A stretch of DNA of 64,000 bases from Halorussus marinus (GTDB lineage Archaea > Halobacteriota > Halobacteria > Halobacteriales > Haladaptataceae), in contig NZ_SBIV01000004.1 of the NCBI RefSeq assembly GCF_004765795.1, positions 186,001 through 250,000 of the forward strand, read 5' to 3'. The notes under the pieces were generated by a model. It did not search any database. It saw nothing but the letters and a program-made list of their open reading frames with translations, and had not been told where the DNA came from. Of the stretch, positions 8,881 to 18,811 are shown piece after piece. Made by a program: the position numbers and the translations under genes. Each line of letters opens with the position of its first letter. The first letter of the stretch is position 1.

Positions 8881-9966
8881 ATGAGTGCCTATCGAGCCGT
8901 CCTGTTGGCGCTGGTCGTCGGCAGTTCGCTCGCGATCGCCGCCCCGGCGACAGCGGCCCCCGACCTGAGCCCGGACTCCCCCGACCCCGTCGGCTCGGCG
9001 ACCGCCGACCCGCCGGTCGCCCAGAGCGACGACGGAAACGAGAGCGAGAGCGAAAATCAGTCCGCGAGCCCGTCGCTGGGCGCGGATATCTCCTCGTTCA
9101 TGCAGTCGAGCGCGGCCGAGATGAGCGGTGCGGTCGAGACCGGCATGTGGTCGGCGTCGTTCAACGCGACGGACAACGAGACCAAGCGCAAACGGCTGGT
9201 GGAGCGTCGGACCGGCGACCTGCGCGCCGAGCTCGCGGACCTCCGCGATCGGAAGGCCGAACTCGAATCCGAGCGCGAGGCCGGCAACCTCAGTGGGGCC
9301 GCGTACAAGGCGCAGGTCGGCCAGTTGGTCGGACGGATCAACGCGTTGCAGTCGACGATCGACGCCACCGCGCCGCGAGCCAGACAGGCCAACGCCGACG
9401 TGGACGCCATCGCGGGGCTCGAAACCGACGCCCGGAACCTGACCGGCCCGGCGGTCGCCGCGGTCGCCCGGAACACCTCCGGCGTCGGCGTTCCCGGCCC
9501 GCCCGACGACGTCGGAGGCGGTCCGCCCGAGGACGCCGGCATCGACGACTCCGGGAACGCAAACGAGAGCGCCGCGTCCGCTCGATCGGGGACCGACGGC
9601 GCTTCGAACGGCGAGGGCGATCCCGGGCCGCCAGAGGACGGCGGTCCCGAGGCCGGCCCGAGCGAGGAGAAAGCGGTCGCGGATCCGAGCGACAACCGGA
9701 CCGACGCGGCGGGTCCCGACAACGGTGCCGACGGCGAGGCGTCGGGTGAGGAAGGGGCCGACGGCAAAGCCGCCGGCGGAAACGGGGAGAAGGGAGCCGA
9801 CGGCAAAGCCGCTGGCGGAAACGGGGAGAAGGGAGCCGACGGCAAAGCCACGACGACCGACTCGCCCGACGAGACGAGCCAGCGCGCGAGGACCTCGATC
9901 CCGGATGGCGCCGACGATTCGACAACCGAGACGGGGAGCCCGCCAAAAACGACGGCGGTCGAGTGA
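8881..9966 (+). CDS. Secreted protein with a coiled-coil core and a low-complexity Gly/Asp C-terminus
   Basis: Signal peptide (RAVLLALVVGSSLAIAAPATA), coiled-coil LRAELADLRDRKAELESERE and a disordered tail; TTTTTAAA box upstream. Confidence 0.75.
   Translation: MSAYRAVLLALVVGSSLAIAAPATAAPDLSPDSPDPVGSATADPPVAQSDDGNESESENQSASPSLGADISSFMQSSAAEMSGAVETGMWSASFNATDNETKRKRLVERRTGDLRAELADLRDRKAELESEREAGNLSGAAYKAQVGQLVGRINALQSTIDATAPRARQANADVDAIAGLETDARNLTGPAVAAVARNTSGVGVPGPPDDVGGGPPEDAGIDDSGNANESAASARSGTDGASNGEGDPGPPEDGGPEAGPSEEKAVADPSDNRTDAAGPDNGADGEASGEEGADGKAAGGNGEKGADGKAAGGNGEKGADGKATTTDSPDETSQRARTSIPDGADDSTTETGSPPKTTAVE
9751..9849 (+). repeat. In-frame 39-bp tandem repeat, about 2.5 copies (GADGKAAGGNGEK)
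   Basis: gccgacggcaaagcc recurs every 39 bp within the 8881-9966 CDS. Confidence 0.85.
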
Positions 9967-10029
9967 TCGCCGGCGGGGCGAAATCGAGAGACACCCTTTT
10001 GAGCGCGCGATGCCTACCATCGCCCCTGA

Positions 10030-10812
10030 ATGGACTCCGCCGAGCTACTCGACATCCTCGGGAACGAGAACCGACGGCGCATCCTCCGTCTGCTGGCGCG
10101 CAAGCCGTGTTACGTCACAGAAATCAGCGAGTACCTCGGCGTCAGCCCCAAGGCCGTCATCGACCACCTCCGGACGCTCGAAGACGCCGGGCTCGTCGAA
10201 AGCCGCACCGACGACCAGCGCCGCAAGTACTTCAGCATCTCGCGCAACCTCCGGCTCGAAGTGAGCGTCTCGCCCTACGAGTTCGGGATGAAAAGCGCCT
10301 ACCCCGCGAGCGCCAACCTCGACGTGAGCACCTGCCGGTACGTCTCGCTGAACGTCCAGTTCGAGGACGACGCGGGGGTCGAGCCGGAGGAGGGCGCGGC
10401 GATCGACGGCGAACGACCCGACGACACCGCAGGGGACGCGGGAGAACTCGGGCCGCCCGAGGCGTCCGACGCGCAAACCCACGAAACGCCCGCCGACGCC
10501 GAGGGGCCGACCGACCTCGCCGCGGAGCTCGATCGGCTCCAACAGCTCCAGAGCGAACTGTCGCTGGCCCAGCGGTGGGTCCACGGCCGCATCGCCGACG
10601 TCCAGACCCGGCTCGGCGAGGCGCTTGACGCCGACGGCGAGGACCGAATCCACGCCCAGGTGCTCGCGGCGGTCGCGGGCGGGGCGAGCACCGTCGGGCG
10701 GGTGAGCCGCGCGGTCGAGGCGCCCGAACCGGTCGTCGAGGACTGTCTCGGCGAACTCGAAGCGCGAGAACTGCTCGAACGCACCGACGACGGGTGGACG
10801 CTCGCCGATTAG
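10030..10812 (+). CDS. ArsR-family transcriptional regulator
   Basis: LLDILGNENRRRILRLLA..PCYVTEISEYLGVSPKAVIDHL..LEDAGLV winged HTH; a second wHTH-like region at the C-terminus. Confidence 0.9.
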   Translation: MDSAELLDILGNENRRRILRLLARKPCYVTEISEYLGVSPKAVIDHLRTLEDAGLVESRTDDQRRKYFSISRNLRLEVSVSPYEFGMKSAYPASANLDVSTCRYVSLNVQFEDDAGVEPEEGAAIDGERPDDTAGDAGELGPPEASDAQTHETPADAEGPTDLAAELDRLQQLQSELSLAQRWVHGRIADVQTRLGEALDADGEDRIHAQVLAAVAGGASTVGRVSRAVEAPEPVVEDCLGELEARELLERTDDGWTLAD

Positions 10813-11288
10813 ATGTCCTGAGTCAGTCCCTCGCGGAGGTCCCCGCCGAAGTGGGCGCCGAGCCCGCCCGCGATCGCGCCTGCCCCCGCGCCGACGGCCG
10901 CGAGCGGAACGCCCGCGCCGCCGAACGCGGTCAGCGCGAGGTGACTGAGCACCGTCGCGAGCCCGGCCGCGAGCGCGCCGGCGGCCGCCGATTCGAGGAC
11001 CGTGCCGCGCTCGACCGCGAGTCCGAGCGCGAACGCGCCGGCGAACGCGCCCACGAGCCCGGCGAGGCTGTCGACGAACGGAAGCGGGATGAAGGCGTTG
11101 CCCGCGAACAGTCCCGCCCCGACGAGCAGGACGGCGTACACGAACGTCCGCGGCGAGAAGACCCCGCCCGCACGCCGTTTGAGCCGCTGGCGGGTGGACG
11201 GCTGGGGGCTCTCGGCATCGTCGTCCAGGGGGGCGTTCAGGTCGTCCGCGACGGCGTCGCGGGTGCGCTGGTCGGAGCGCTGGGGCAT
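10809..11288 (-). CDS. Gly/Ala-rich membrane protein
   Basis: Four hydrophobic segments; convergent 4-bp overlap with the ArsR gene. Confidence 0.75.
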   Translation of the reverse strand: MPQRSDQRTRDAVADDLNAPLDDDAESPQPSTRQRLKRRAGGVFSPRTFVYAVLLVGAGLFAGNAFIPLPFVDSLAGLVGAFAGAFALGLAVERGTVLESAAAGALAAGLATVLSHLALTAFGGAGVPLAAVGAGAGAIAGGLGAHFGGDLREGLTQDI

Positions 11289-11377
11289 ACGAGTGGGTGG
11301 AACCCGGACGCTAATGGGTCTTTGGTCGGTCCGGGCGAAAAGATGGTTTCAAGTCCGGCCCGCCGGTACTCGGTGAT

Positions 11378-12622
11378 ATGAATCCCGGCGATCGCGTCCG
11401 CGTCGAGCGGGCAGACCAGACCTACGAAGGGGTACTGCTCCCCTCCTCGACGGCCCAGAACCTCGTCGTCAAACTCGACGGCGGCTACAACGTCGGCGTC
11501 GACCGCGACGCCGCCGACGTGGACGTCCTCGAAACCGACGTGTACGACATCGACTCGGGCGGGGCCGACGACGGGTCGGCGGTCGAGTTCGACGACGACC
11601 TCCCGACGATCTCGCTCATCTCGACCGGCGGCACCATCGCCTCGACGATCGACTACCGGACCGGCGCGGTGACCGCCCAGTTCGACGCCGAGGACGTGCT
11701 CCGGGCGGTGCCCGACCTCGCGGGCCGGGCGAACTACCGCGGGCGCGTGGTCGCAAACATCCTCAGCGAGAACATGACCACCGACGTGTGGCAGGACCTC
11801 GCCCGCGCGGTGGCCGAGGAGATCGAGGCCGGCGCCGACGGCGTGGTCGTGATGCACGGTACCGACACCATGCAGTTCACCGCGTCGGCGCTGGCGTTCA
11901 TGCTCGATACGCCCGTCCCGGTGGTGTTCACCGGGAGCCAGCGATCGGCCGACCGGCCCTCCTCGGACAACGTGATGAACGCGGTCTGTGCGGTCGAGGC
12001 CGCCAAGGCCGACGCCGCCGAGGTCATGGTCTGTATGCACGCCTCCGAGAGCGACGACGTCTGTGCGCTCCACCGCGGGACGCGGGTCCGGAAGAACCAC
12101 ACCTCCCGGCGAGACGCCTTCGAGACGGTCGGCGCCGAACCGCTCGGCACGGTCGCGTACGGCGACGACGTCGAGGTCGCCTTCGACGGCGAGTACGCCG
12201 AGCGCGGCGGGACCGACCTCGCGATCGAGTCGGCGCTCGAATCCGAGGTGGAACTGCTGAAGTTCACCCCCGGCACGGACGAGTCGGCCCTCGACGTGGC
12301 CGAGGGCAAGGCGGGGCTCGTGCTCGAAGGCACCGGACTCGGGCACGTCCACTCCGACTGGGTCGATCGCATCGCCGAGCTGGTCGACGACGGGACGACG
12401 GTCGTGATGACGAGCCAGTGCATCGAGGGCCGGGTCTGTGATCGGGTGTACGACACCGGCCGAGACCTGCTCGACGCCGGCGTCGTGGAGGGCGAGGACA
12501 TGCTCCCCGGCACCGCCAAGGTCAAACTGATGTGGGCGCTCGCCAACAGCGACGACCCCGCGGCGACCGTCCGCGAGCCGATCGCGGGCGAGATCACCGA
12601 CCGGTCGGTGCCGTGGGAATGA
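11378..12622 (+). CDS. gatD: Glutamyl-tRNA(Gln) amidotransferase subunit D
   Basis: N-terminal KLDGGYNVG domain plus asparaginase motifs STGGTIAS, HGTDT, GSQRSADRPSSD and GTGLGH. Confidence 0.96.
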   Translation: MNPGDRVRVERADQTYEGVLLPSSTAQNLVVKLDGGYNVGVDRDAADVDVLETDVYDIDSGGADDGSAVEFDDDLPTISLISTGGTIASTIDYRTGAVTAQFDAEDVLRAVPDLAGRANYRGRVVANILSENMTTDVWQDLARAVAEEIEAGADGVVVMHGTDTMQFTASALAFMLDTPVPVVFTGSQRSADRPSSDNVMNAVCAVEAAKADAAEVMVCMHASESDDVCALHRGTRVRKNHTSRRDAFETVGAEPLGTVAYGDDVEVAFDGEYAERGGTDLAIESALESEVELLKFTPGTDESALDVAEGKAGLVLEGTGLGHVHSDWVDRIAELVDDGTTVVMTSQCIEGRVCDRVYDTGRDLLDAGVVEGEDMLPGTAKVKLMWALANSDDPAATVREPIAGEITDRSVPWE

Positions 12623-13524
12623 GCGGCGCGGCGATCCAGCTCCGGCCGGCCCGCCACGACGACTACGAGGACGTGGCGGCGTTCACCGCCGAGACGTGGC
12701 CCGATCGGGACGGCGGCGACTACATCCCGGACGTCTACCACGACTGGATCGACGGCGAGGACCGCCACACCGTGGTCGCCGACGCGGGCGACGAGATCGC
12801 GGGCATCGTGCAGGCGGTCGCGCTCTCGGAGTGGGAGGCGTGGGGTCAGGGGATGCGGGTCAACCCCGCGTTCCGCGGGCCCGGGGTCGCCAACCGCATG
12901 ACCGAGGCGCTGTTCGACTGGGCGCGCGACCGGGGCGCGACCGCGATGCGAAACATGGTGTTCTCGTGGAACGAGGCCGGACTGGGCCAGTCGCGGGCGA
13001 TGGGTTACGACCCCGCGACCGAGTTCCGGTGGGCCCACCCCGAGCCGGACCCCGACGCCGACCCGGCCGCCGAGATCACGGCGAATCCCGACGCCGCATG
13101 GCGGTTCTGGACCGACAGCGACGCCGGAGAACACCTCCGTGGGCTCGCGCTCGACCCCGAGGAGACGTGGGCGGTCTCCCGGCTCACCCGCGAGCGCCTC
13201 GCGGCCGCGGCCGACGACGACGGTCTGTTCGTGGTTCAGAACGGCGGAACGAAGGGGTTCGCACACCGGGTCCGGAAGTACGACCGCGAGACGGACGCGG
13301 ACGGGCCCGAGACGTGGGTCGAGTACGGCGTCGCCGCGTGGGCCGACTCCGCGAGCGCCGAGGCGCTGTTCGAGGCGCTGGCTCGCGACGCCGCCGACCG
13401 CGGCGCGGACCGCGTGCGGGCGCTGATCCCCGAGACCGTCCGGACCGTGAGCGACGCCGCGTACTGTCGAGTCGACGTGGCCGACGACCCCGACTTCGTG
13501 CTGGCGGCCGATCTGACCGCCTAG
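12619..13524 (+). CDS. GNAT-family N-acetyltransferase
   Basis: ATGA overlap with gatD; GMRVNPAFRGPGVA acetyl-CoA-binding motif. Confidence 0.85.
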   Translation: MSGAAIQLRPARHDDYEDVAAFTAETWPDRDGGDYIPDVYHDWIDGEDRHTVVADAGDEIAGIVQAVALSEWEAWGQGMRVNPAFRGPGVANRMTEALFDWARDRGATAMRNMVFSWNEAGLGQSRAMGYDPATEFRWAHPEPDPDADPAAEITANPDAAWRFWTDSDAGEHLRGLALDPEETWAVSRLTRERLAAAADDDGLFVVQNGGTKGFAHRVRKYDRETDADGPETWVEYGVAAWADSASAEALFEALARDAADRGADRVRALIPETVRTVSDAAYCRVDVADDPDFVLAADLTA

Positions 13525-14681
13525 TCGTCGGCGCGTTGCTTTCCGTCGCCGGTCTGGAGCTCGCGGTCCGACACCTCGATGTCGGACTCGTCCCAGTCGA
13601 ACTCGTCGAGTTCGCTCCCGCGTTCGAGGACGAACGGCCCCGACGCCAGCGTCCGGAGGGTCACCGTCATCGCCCGGAGGACGAAGGCGGTCAGCATCAC
13701 GTACGGCGTGAGCGCGATCGTGTACGCGACGGTTACGAACACCGCCAGTGGCGTCAGCGTGAGAAACGTCACCTCCGGAAAGAGGTTGCTGTCGAGCGCG
13801 AGTAACACGTAGGAGGTGACGACGATCGTCGGCAACGAGACGTACAGTAGCCTGCTCGACAGCCGGGCGAACTCCCGCTTGTAGTACAGCGACTTGAAGT
13901 ACTCCCGGCCGGTGGCGTATATCTTGAGCGACTCCACGAGGTCGTCGATCGCCGCCTGCTGGTCGTCGGTGAGTTCCTCGCCGTACGTTCGGTCGAACCG
14001 CCGGGCGACGTGGAGTTGCCACGAGTAGTCGTAGTTGAGCCCGGCGAGCAACACTTTGAACGACCCGAACCGGGCGCCGCTCAGGATCTCGCCGGCGCGC
14101 TCGGCTTCGGCGGTGACTTCGTCGGCGAACGTCCGGGCGTCCTCGGCGAACTCCTCGCTCTCGCCGTCGGCGGCGATGTCCGCGATGGTCGAGGCCTGCT
14201 GGTCGATGATCCGGAGGATGGTCCGGAGGAAGTCGGCGGGGCGGGCCGGGCTCACGTCGGACTCGATGAACTCCTCGATCTCGCCGCGGTAGTCGATCGA
14301 GCCGTCGATGCGCTGGCGCTGGGATTCGATGTCGGTGATCTCCTCGGACAGGACGATCGAGGTGACCGACACGACGACCGAGACGAGCAGGATGGTCCCG
14401 CTCAACAGCGTGTTGAAAAGCGTCTGGGCCGTGTTGGTGTCCTGCAACAGCGAGTACATGTCGACGGGCCGGATCATCGACAAAACGATTAACCCCGTCA
14501 GAACCCCGAGCAGGAGGCCGGCAGTCACCGATTCGCGGCGCCCCTCGAGCAGGACCCAGTGGCTCACGCGCTCGCGGAGCGTGTCCGGCTCGCCGTCCCC
14601 GCCGGGGACGATCGAGTTGAGCGACCGATGGTTCTCCATCACCGACTCTACCGACGACCGCCCCGGATCTCCGGACCCCAT
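13521..14681 (-). CDS. Hypothetical membrane protein
   Basis: Four TM segments with an acidic helical loop; the start could alternatively be 14639. Confidence 0.75.
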   Translation of the reverse strand: MGSGDPGRSSVESVMENHRSLNSIVPGGDGEPDTLRERVSHWVLLEGRRESVTAGLLLGVLTGLIVLSMIRPVDMYSLLQDTNTAQTLFNTLLSGTILLVSVVVSVTSIVLSEEITDIESQRQRIDGSIDYRGEIEEFIESDVSPARPADFLRTILRIIDQQASTIADIAADGESEEFAEDARTFADEVTAEAERAGEILSGARFGSFKVLLAGLNYDYSWQLHVARRFDRTYGEELTDDQQAAIDDLVESLKIYATGREYFKSLYYKREFARLSSRLLYVSLPTIVVTSYVLLALDSNLFPEVTFLTLTPLAVFVTVAYTIALTPYVMLTAFVLRAMTVTLRTLASGPFVLERGSELDEFDWDESDIEVSDRELQTGDGKQRADD

Positions 14682-14726
14682 TCCGAACGTAGTATCACCC
14701 CGCGGTGCTAAGGCCTTCTGGCTGAT

Positions 14727-14999
14727 TCACCCGCCGCTGACCGGCGGGAACAGCGCGAGTTCGTCGCCGGCGTCGAGTTCGGTGTCCAGTCCGTCCTCGG
14801 CGGAGACGTTCGTCCCGTTTCGGAGGACGTTGATGTGCTCGCGGAGGTCTCCGTCGTCGTAGATGCGGTCTTCGAGCGCCGGGTGGTCCTCGACCAGCGC
14901 CGAGAGCGCCGCCCCGACCGTGTCGCCGGGTTCGGCGTCGACCGCGATCTCCTTGCCGCCGGTCACCTCGGCGAGGTCAGCGAACAGCTTCCACTTCAT
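14727..14999 (-). CDS. samp1: Ubiquitin-like small archaeal modifier protein SAMP1 (MoaD family)
   Basis: MKWKLFADLAEV...HINVLRNG...DELALFPPVSGG, closely resembling H. volcanii SAMP1; C-terminal di-glycine. Confidence 0.9.
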   Translation of the reverse strand: MKWKLFADLAEVTGGKEIAVDAEPGDTVGAALSALVEDHPALEDRIYDDGDLREHINVLRNGTNVSAEDGLDTELDAGDELALFPPVSGG

Positions 15000-15105
15000 G
15001 GTCGGCCCGAGGGACGGGAGGGCAAAGAGCGTTGCTGGTCGGTCGGTCCGTCGCGCCGCCACGAGCGGGGTCTGCCCGTCGCGCCGGCGCCCCCGGTCGA
15101 CCGCG

Positions 15106-16347
15106 CTACCGGCCGAGGTCCTCGTGGGCCGACGAGAGGTGCCGGGAGGCCAGCGCCGCCAAAAGCGATAGCTCGCCGGCGAGCGCGCCGACCGCGATGA
15201 TCTCGGCGAGCGCGTCGGCGTTGTCCCCCGCGGGGTCGCCGCCGCCCCGGAGTCCGAGCACGTCGAGGGCCTCCGACTGGGTCGGGAGCTTGGTGCCCCC
15301 GCCGACCGTGCCGACTTCGAGGCTGGCGAGGCTCACGCTGGCGTACAGCTCGTCTTGGCGGGCCTCGACGGTGGTGATCGCGTTCGAACCCTCCACGACC
15401 TGCGCGGCGTCCTGGCCGGTGGCGAGGAAGGCGGCCGCGACCACGTTCGCGGCGTGGGCGTTGAACCCCAGACTGCCGGCCTTCGCGCTCCCGACGAGGT
15501 TCTTTCGGGTGTTGGCCTCCTCGATGGCCTCGGGCGTGGTGTGGAGTCGCTCCTCGACGGTCTCGCGCGGGATCGTCACGTCGGCGGTCACGCTCCGGCC
15601 CCGACCCTCGACGGCGTTGATCGCGGCGGGCTTCTTGTCGGTACAGAGGTTCCCCGAGAGCGCGACCAGCGACGCCGGCGTCTCGTCTTCGACGACCTGT
15701 GCGGCCTCGCGGGTCGCGATGGTGGCCATGTTCATCCCCATCGCGTCTTTGGTGTCGTAGACGAACCGCAGGAAGACCGAGTCGCCGACCACGTAGGTGT
15801 CCACGTCGAGCAGTTCGCCGTGGCTGGTGGTCGACTCGGCGGCCTCCCGGAGGCGCTCGCGGTGGTCGCCGACCCACGAGACGACCTCCTCGGCCTCGGC
15901 GACGCCCGACACCCGGAAGACGGGCGCGCGGGTCATCCCCGACTTCGTCACCCGGGCGTCCGCGCCGCCCGCGGTCGCGACGACCGAACAGCCGCGGTTC
16001 ACGCTCGCGACCAGCGCGCCCTCGGTGGTCGCCAGCGGGAGGTAGTAGTCGCCGTCGGCCGACCCGCCGGCCACCGCCACGGGGCCGGCGACGCCCATCG
16101 GGATCTGGGCCGCCCCGACCATGTTCTCGACGTTGGCGTCGCTGGCCTGCGCGGCGTCGATACCGTAGTCGCCGACGGCGTCGAAGTCGGCGTCGGTCTC
16201 GGCTTCGAGCAGGCGGCGACGGGCCGCCGCGGCCGTCTCGGCGTCGACCCGGTCGTCCAGTTCGTGGAGTCGCAACTCGCCCGTGCGGACGCGTTCGGCG
16301 AGCGCCTCGGGATCGCCGGCCTCCGCGTCGGAATCGGCGTCGGTCAT
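15106..16347 (-). CDS. hmgA: Hydroxymethylglutaryl-CoA reductase (NADPH, class I)
   Basis: ENMVG, PLATTEGALVAS, DAMGMNM, SGNLCTDKKP and GTVGGGT motifs. Confidence 0.97.
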   Translation of the reverse strand: MTDADSDAEAGDPEALAERVRTGELRLHELDDRVDAETAAAARRRLLEAETDADFDAVGDYGIDAAQASDANVENMVGAAQIPMGVAGPVAVAGGSADGDYYLPLATTEGALVASVNRGCSVVATAGGADARVTKSGMTRAPVFRVSGVAEAEEVVSWVGDHRERLREAAESTTSHGELLDVDTYVVGDSVFLRFVYDTKDAMGMNMATIATREAAQVVEDETPASLVALSGNLCTDKKPAAINAVEGRGRSVTADVTIPRETVEERLHTTPEAIEEANTRKNLVGSAKAGSLGFNAHAANVVAAAFLATGQDAAQVVEGSNAITTVEARQDELYASVSLASLEVGTVGGGTKLPTQSEALDVLGLRGGGDPAGDNADALAEIIAVGALAGELSLLAALASRHLSSAHEDLGR

Positions 16348-16624
16348 ACCCGGGTGGTCGGCCGGCCGGCCCCTAACAGTTCCCATTCACGGCGCGCCGG
16401 CGAGTCGCGATTATAAATTATACTTTTGAGAGTTCTTGCTGGGTCAGCTCGCGTCAGGTCAGGGCCGAGGATTCTTAGGGAGTCACAGACAGCAGACTGA
16501 AAGCTGATAGCACTGAACGAGTCGTTCGGCATGCGAACGATTCTATGACACCGCGGTAAAGACGGGGAAAGGCGTGAAAGCCGTTAGGAAAGAATTGAAC
16601 TATACCTGCCAGAAACACGGCAGC

Positions 16625-17947
16625 ATGGCAATGAAAGAGGGCGGTTCGACGGCAGAAAAAGACTTCTCACAGCCTATTTCGGGAGGAAAAGAACTACCAG
16701 AGGACGAACTCTGGGACGTCCTTACAAAAAACCTCCGTCAGGTGATGGAATCGACGGGTGCGGCGATGCGTATGCTCGATTTGAATTTCAACGTCGTGGT
16801 CGAGAACGAGCAGATGAAAGAACTGGGCGGCGTAGATGCCGAGGAGAGCGAGTTCGTCAAGTGCTACGACCAGTTCTGTAATCCGGAGGTGTGCGGAACT
16901 GGAAACTGTACACTGAAACAGATCGTCGATGAAGAGAGCGAAGAGATCCGCGTCGAGGTAGAAAAAGAGAGTTACGACGGGCGTGTCATCCCAACAGAAC
17001 TAGTCGTCAGGCCGATCTATGACGCCGAAGGCGATATCGTCGCTATTAGTGAGACGTTCCAGGATATTTCAGCTCGTAAGACCGCCGTCAGCGATATCAA
17101 AACGGCTGTTGACGATCTCGAAGAATCGTCGGAGGAAGTGGCCGAAAACTCCCAAACGATCAGCGACCAAGCGTCCCACCAACTTGAGTCGATTACCGAG
17201 ATCTCCGAAGAGATCGCCTCGCTCACCGCAACGGTCGAGGAAATCGCCGCGACAACAGATCAGGTCGAATCCACCAGCCAGCGAGCCCGTGAAGAAGCTG
17301 AATCCGGGAAGACCGAAGCCGAAGAAACGATCGATATCATGGAAAGTATCGAGCGCGCGGCGGCCGACGTGACCGCAGATATTCGCGACCTCGACGAGAG
17401 CGTCCAGCAGATCGACGAACTCGTCGATGTTATCAACGACATTGCCGACCAGACGAACATGCTCGCGCTGAACGCCTCGATCGAAGCAGCCAACGCAGGT
17501 CAAGCTGGCGACGGCTTTGCAGTCGTCGCTGATGAGGTGAAATCGCTGGCCGAGGAGTCACAGCAACGCGCATCTGAGATCGAATCGATCGTCACTGATG
17601 TCCGGGAAAACACTTCCGAGACGGTCAAGAGCCTCGAAGAAACCAACGACGTTGTTCAGCAGGGTGCAGAGAAGATAGAAAGCTCCAGCGAGACGTTCAC
17701 GCAGATCGCTGACGTCGTCGAAGACGTATCTGACGGCGTCACAGAGGTCGCGGATGCGACGGACGATCAAGCCGCAAGCACCGAAGAGATCGCCAGTATG
17801 GTCGACCAGACTGCGGCGGACTTCGAACGGGTCGTCGACAAAGCAGAGGCCATCGCAGCCGCAAACGAACAACAGACCGAGCGTATTCGAGATATCAGTG
17901 CCGACGTGGATTCGATGGACTCGCTCGACGTGCAGAGCGAACTGTAA
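16625..17947 (+). CDS. Soluble methyl-accepting chemotaxis transducer (Htr-like) with an N-terminal PAS domain
   Basis: Hairpin tip [43 protein letters not shown]-like end [20 protein letters not shown]; no TM segment. The start is at 16625 or 16631. Confidence 0.93.
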   Translation: MAMKEGGSTAEKDFSQPISGGKELPEDELWDVLTKNLRQVMESTGAAMRMLDLNFNVVVENEQMKELGGVDAEESEFVKCYDQFCNPEVCGTGNCTLKQIVDEESEEIRVEVEKESYDGRVIPTELVVRPIYDAEGDIVAISETFQDISARKTAVSDIKTAVDDLEESSEEVAENSQTISDQASHQLESITEISEEIASLTATVEEIAATTDQVESTSQRAREEAESGKTEAEETIDIMESIERAAADVTADIRDLDESVQQIDELVDVINDIADQTNMLALNASIEAANAGQAGDGFAVVADEVKSLAEESQQRASEIESIVTDVRENTSETVKSLEETNDVVQQGAEKIESSSETFTQIADVVEDVSDGVTEVADATDDQAASTEEIASMVDQTAADFERVVDKAEAIAAANEQQTERIRDISADVDSMDSLDVQSEL

Positions 17948-18295
17948 AAGTTCTGTTGCTATAGCGGTCTAGTCAAGTATTGTGAGTGATTTGAATACAT
18001 CTGGTGGTGGCCGCGTATCTCAGTTGCTCTCGCGACGAATTCGAGACAGTGCGTGACTGCCTTGACGAAATCGAACCCGTGGCCACGTCCGACGAACGAG
18101 CGGCTACTCAGGCCGTATCGATACGGCGTCTACGGACTGCACTGCTCCGTTGAATAGCAGTGGTCGTGTAGATAAGTGAACTGAGTCACACTGTGAGTGG
18201 CTGTGAAAGGAGGTCTCAAATGTGGTGTCGCTTCACCCTCTCACAGGGGGCTATTCAACAGGGCCCCGCCAACAGACATCGAATGGCTGTCGGTT

Positions 18296-18811
18296 CTACC
18301 AGTGAACTTCGAAAGTCGTCTCGGGGCCGTCGTCATCGACCCTCGCGTGGGCGTATTCGGCTTCGAAGTGTTGGGCTGTGCCTTTGAGAAAGCCTTTCTC
18401 CCACTGCGTCGGGTAGGGTGTCGTCGAGGTGATCTCGGCTTGGTTCTCACCCGTCTTTTCGTACGTGTACTCGCCCGGTGCCTGGCGGTGTTCGGTTTCG
18501 TACATTTCGGGGAGGTGGTTCAGTCCCTCGTGTGGCGAGTCGATAGTCGATGTCCAATCGAGAAACCGCGGCGTGGACTCGCCGATCTTAGCCAGGGCGC
18601 TCTCGCCGGTGTTGCGTTCGACCGCCGTCAGTACGTGGAGAAACTTCGCAAGTGGATACCACTCGTCGGGTTGGGGATCGGGTCTGTCGATTCCCTCCTC
18701 GTCGAGCATATCCCGCATCCGACTCTGATACACGGACATCACTCCGTCGATGCAAACCTGTACCATCTCACCGCGTACGGTACCACTCGGCTCGTTGGCT
18801 GTGAGTGTCAT
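18296..18811 (-). CDS. Hypothetical protein with a V4R/H-NOX-like ligand-binding fold
   Basis: Pattern GI..P.PDEWYP..F...IGE..P...YTYEKTG...ITS.TPYP...EKGFL.G...TFEVHW resembles the haloarchaeal V4R-like family (from memory); its ATG overlaps the stop of the upstream rhodanese gene by 1 bp. Confidence 0.65.
   Translation of the reverse strand: MTLTANEPSGTVRGEMVQVCIDGVMSVYQSRMRDMLDEEGIDRPDPQPDEWYPLAKFLHVLTAVERNTGESALAKIGESTPRFLDWTSTIDSPHEGLNHLPEMYETEHRQAPGEYTYEKTGENQAEITSTTPYPTQWEKGFLKGTAQHFEAEYAHARVDDDGPETTFEVHW

Noticed and set aside
3538..16347. idi and hmgA as a mevalonate-pathway cluster
   Set aside because: They are 11 kb apart with unrelated genes between them.
17948..18295. Short GTG ORF (about 18004-18153) and the perfect palindrome gccgtatcgatacggc (18112-18127) in the island
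   Set aside because: No recognisable homology and only a single palindrome; could be a gene remnant but cannot be supported.
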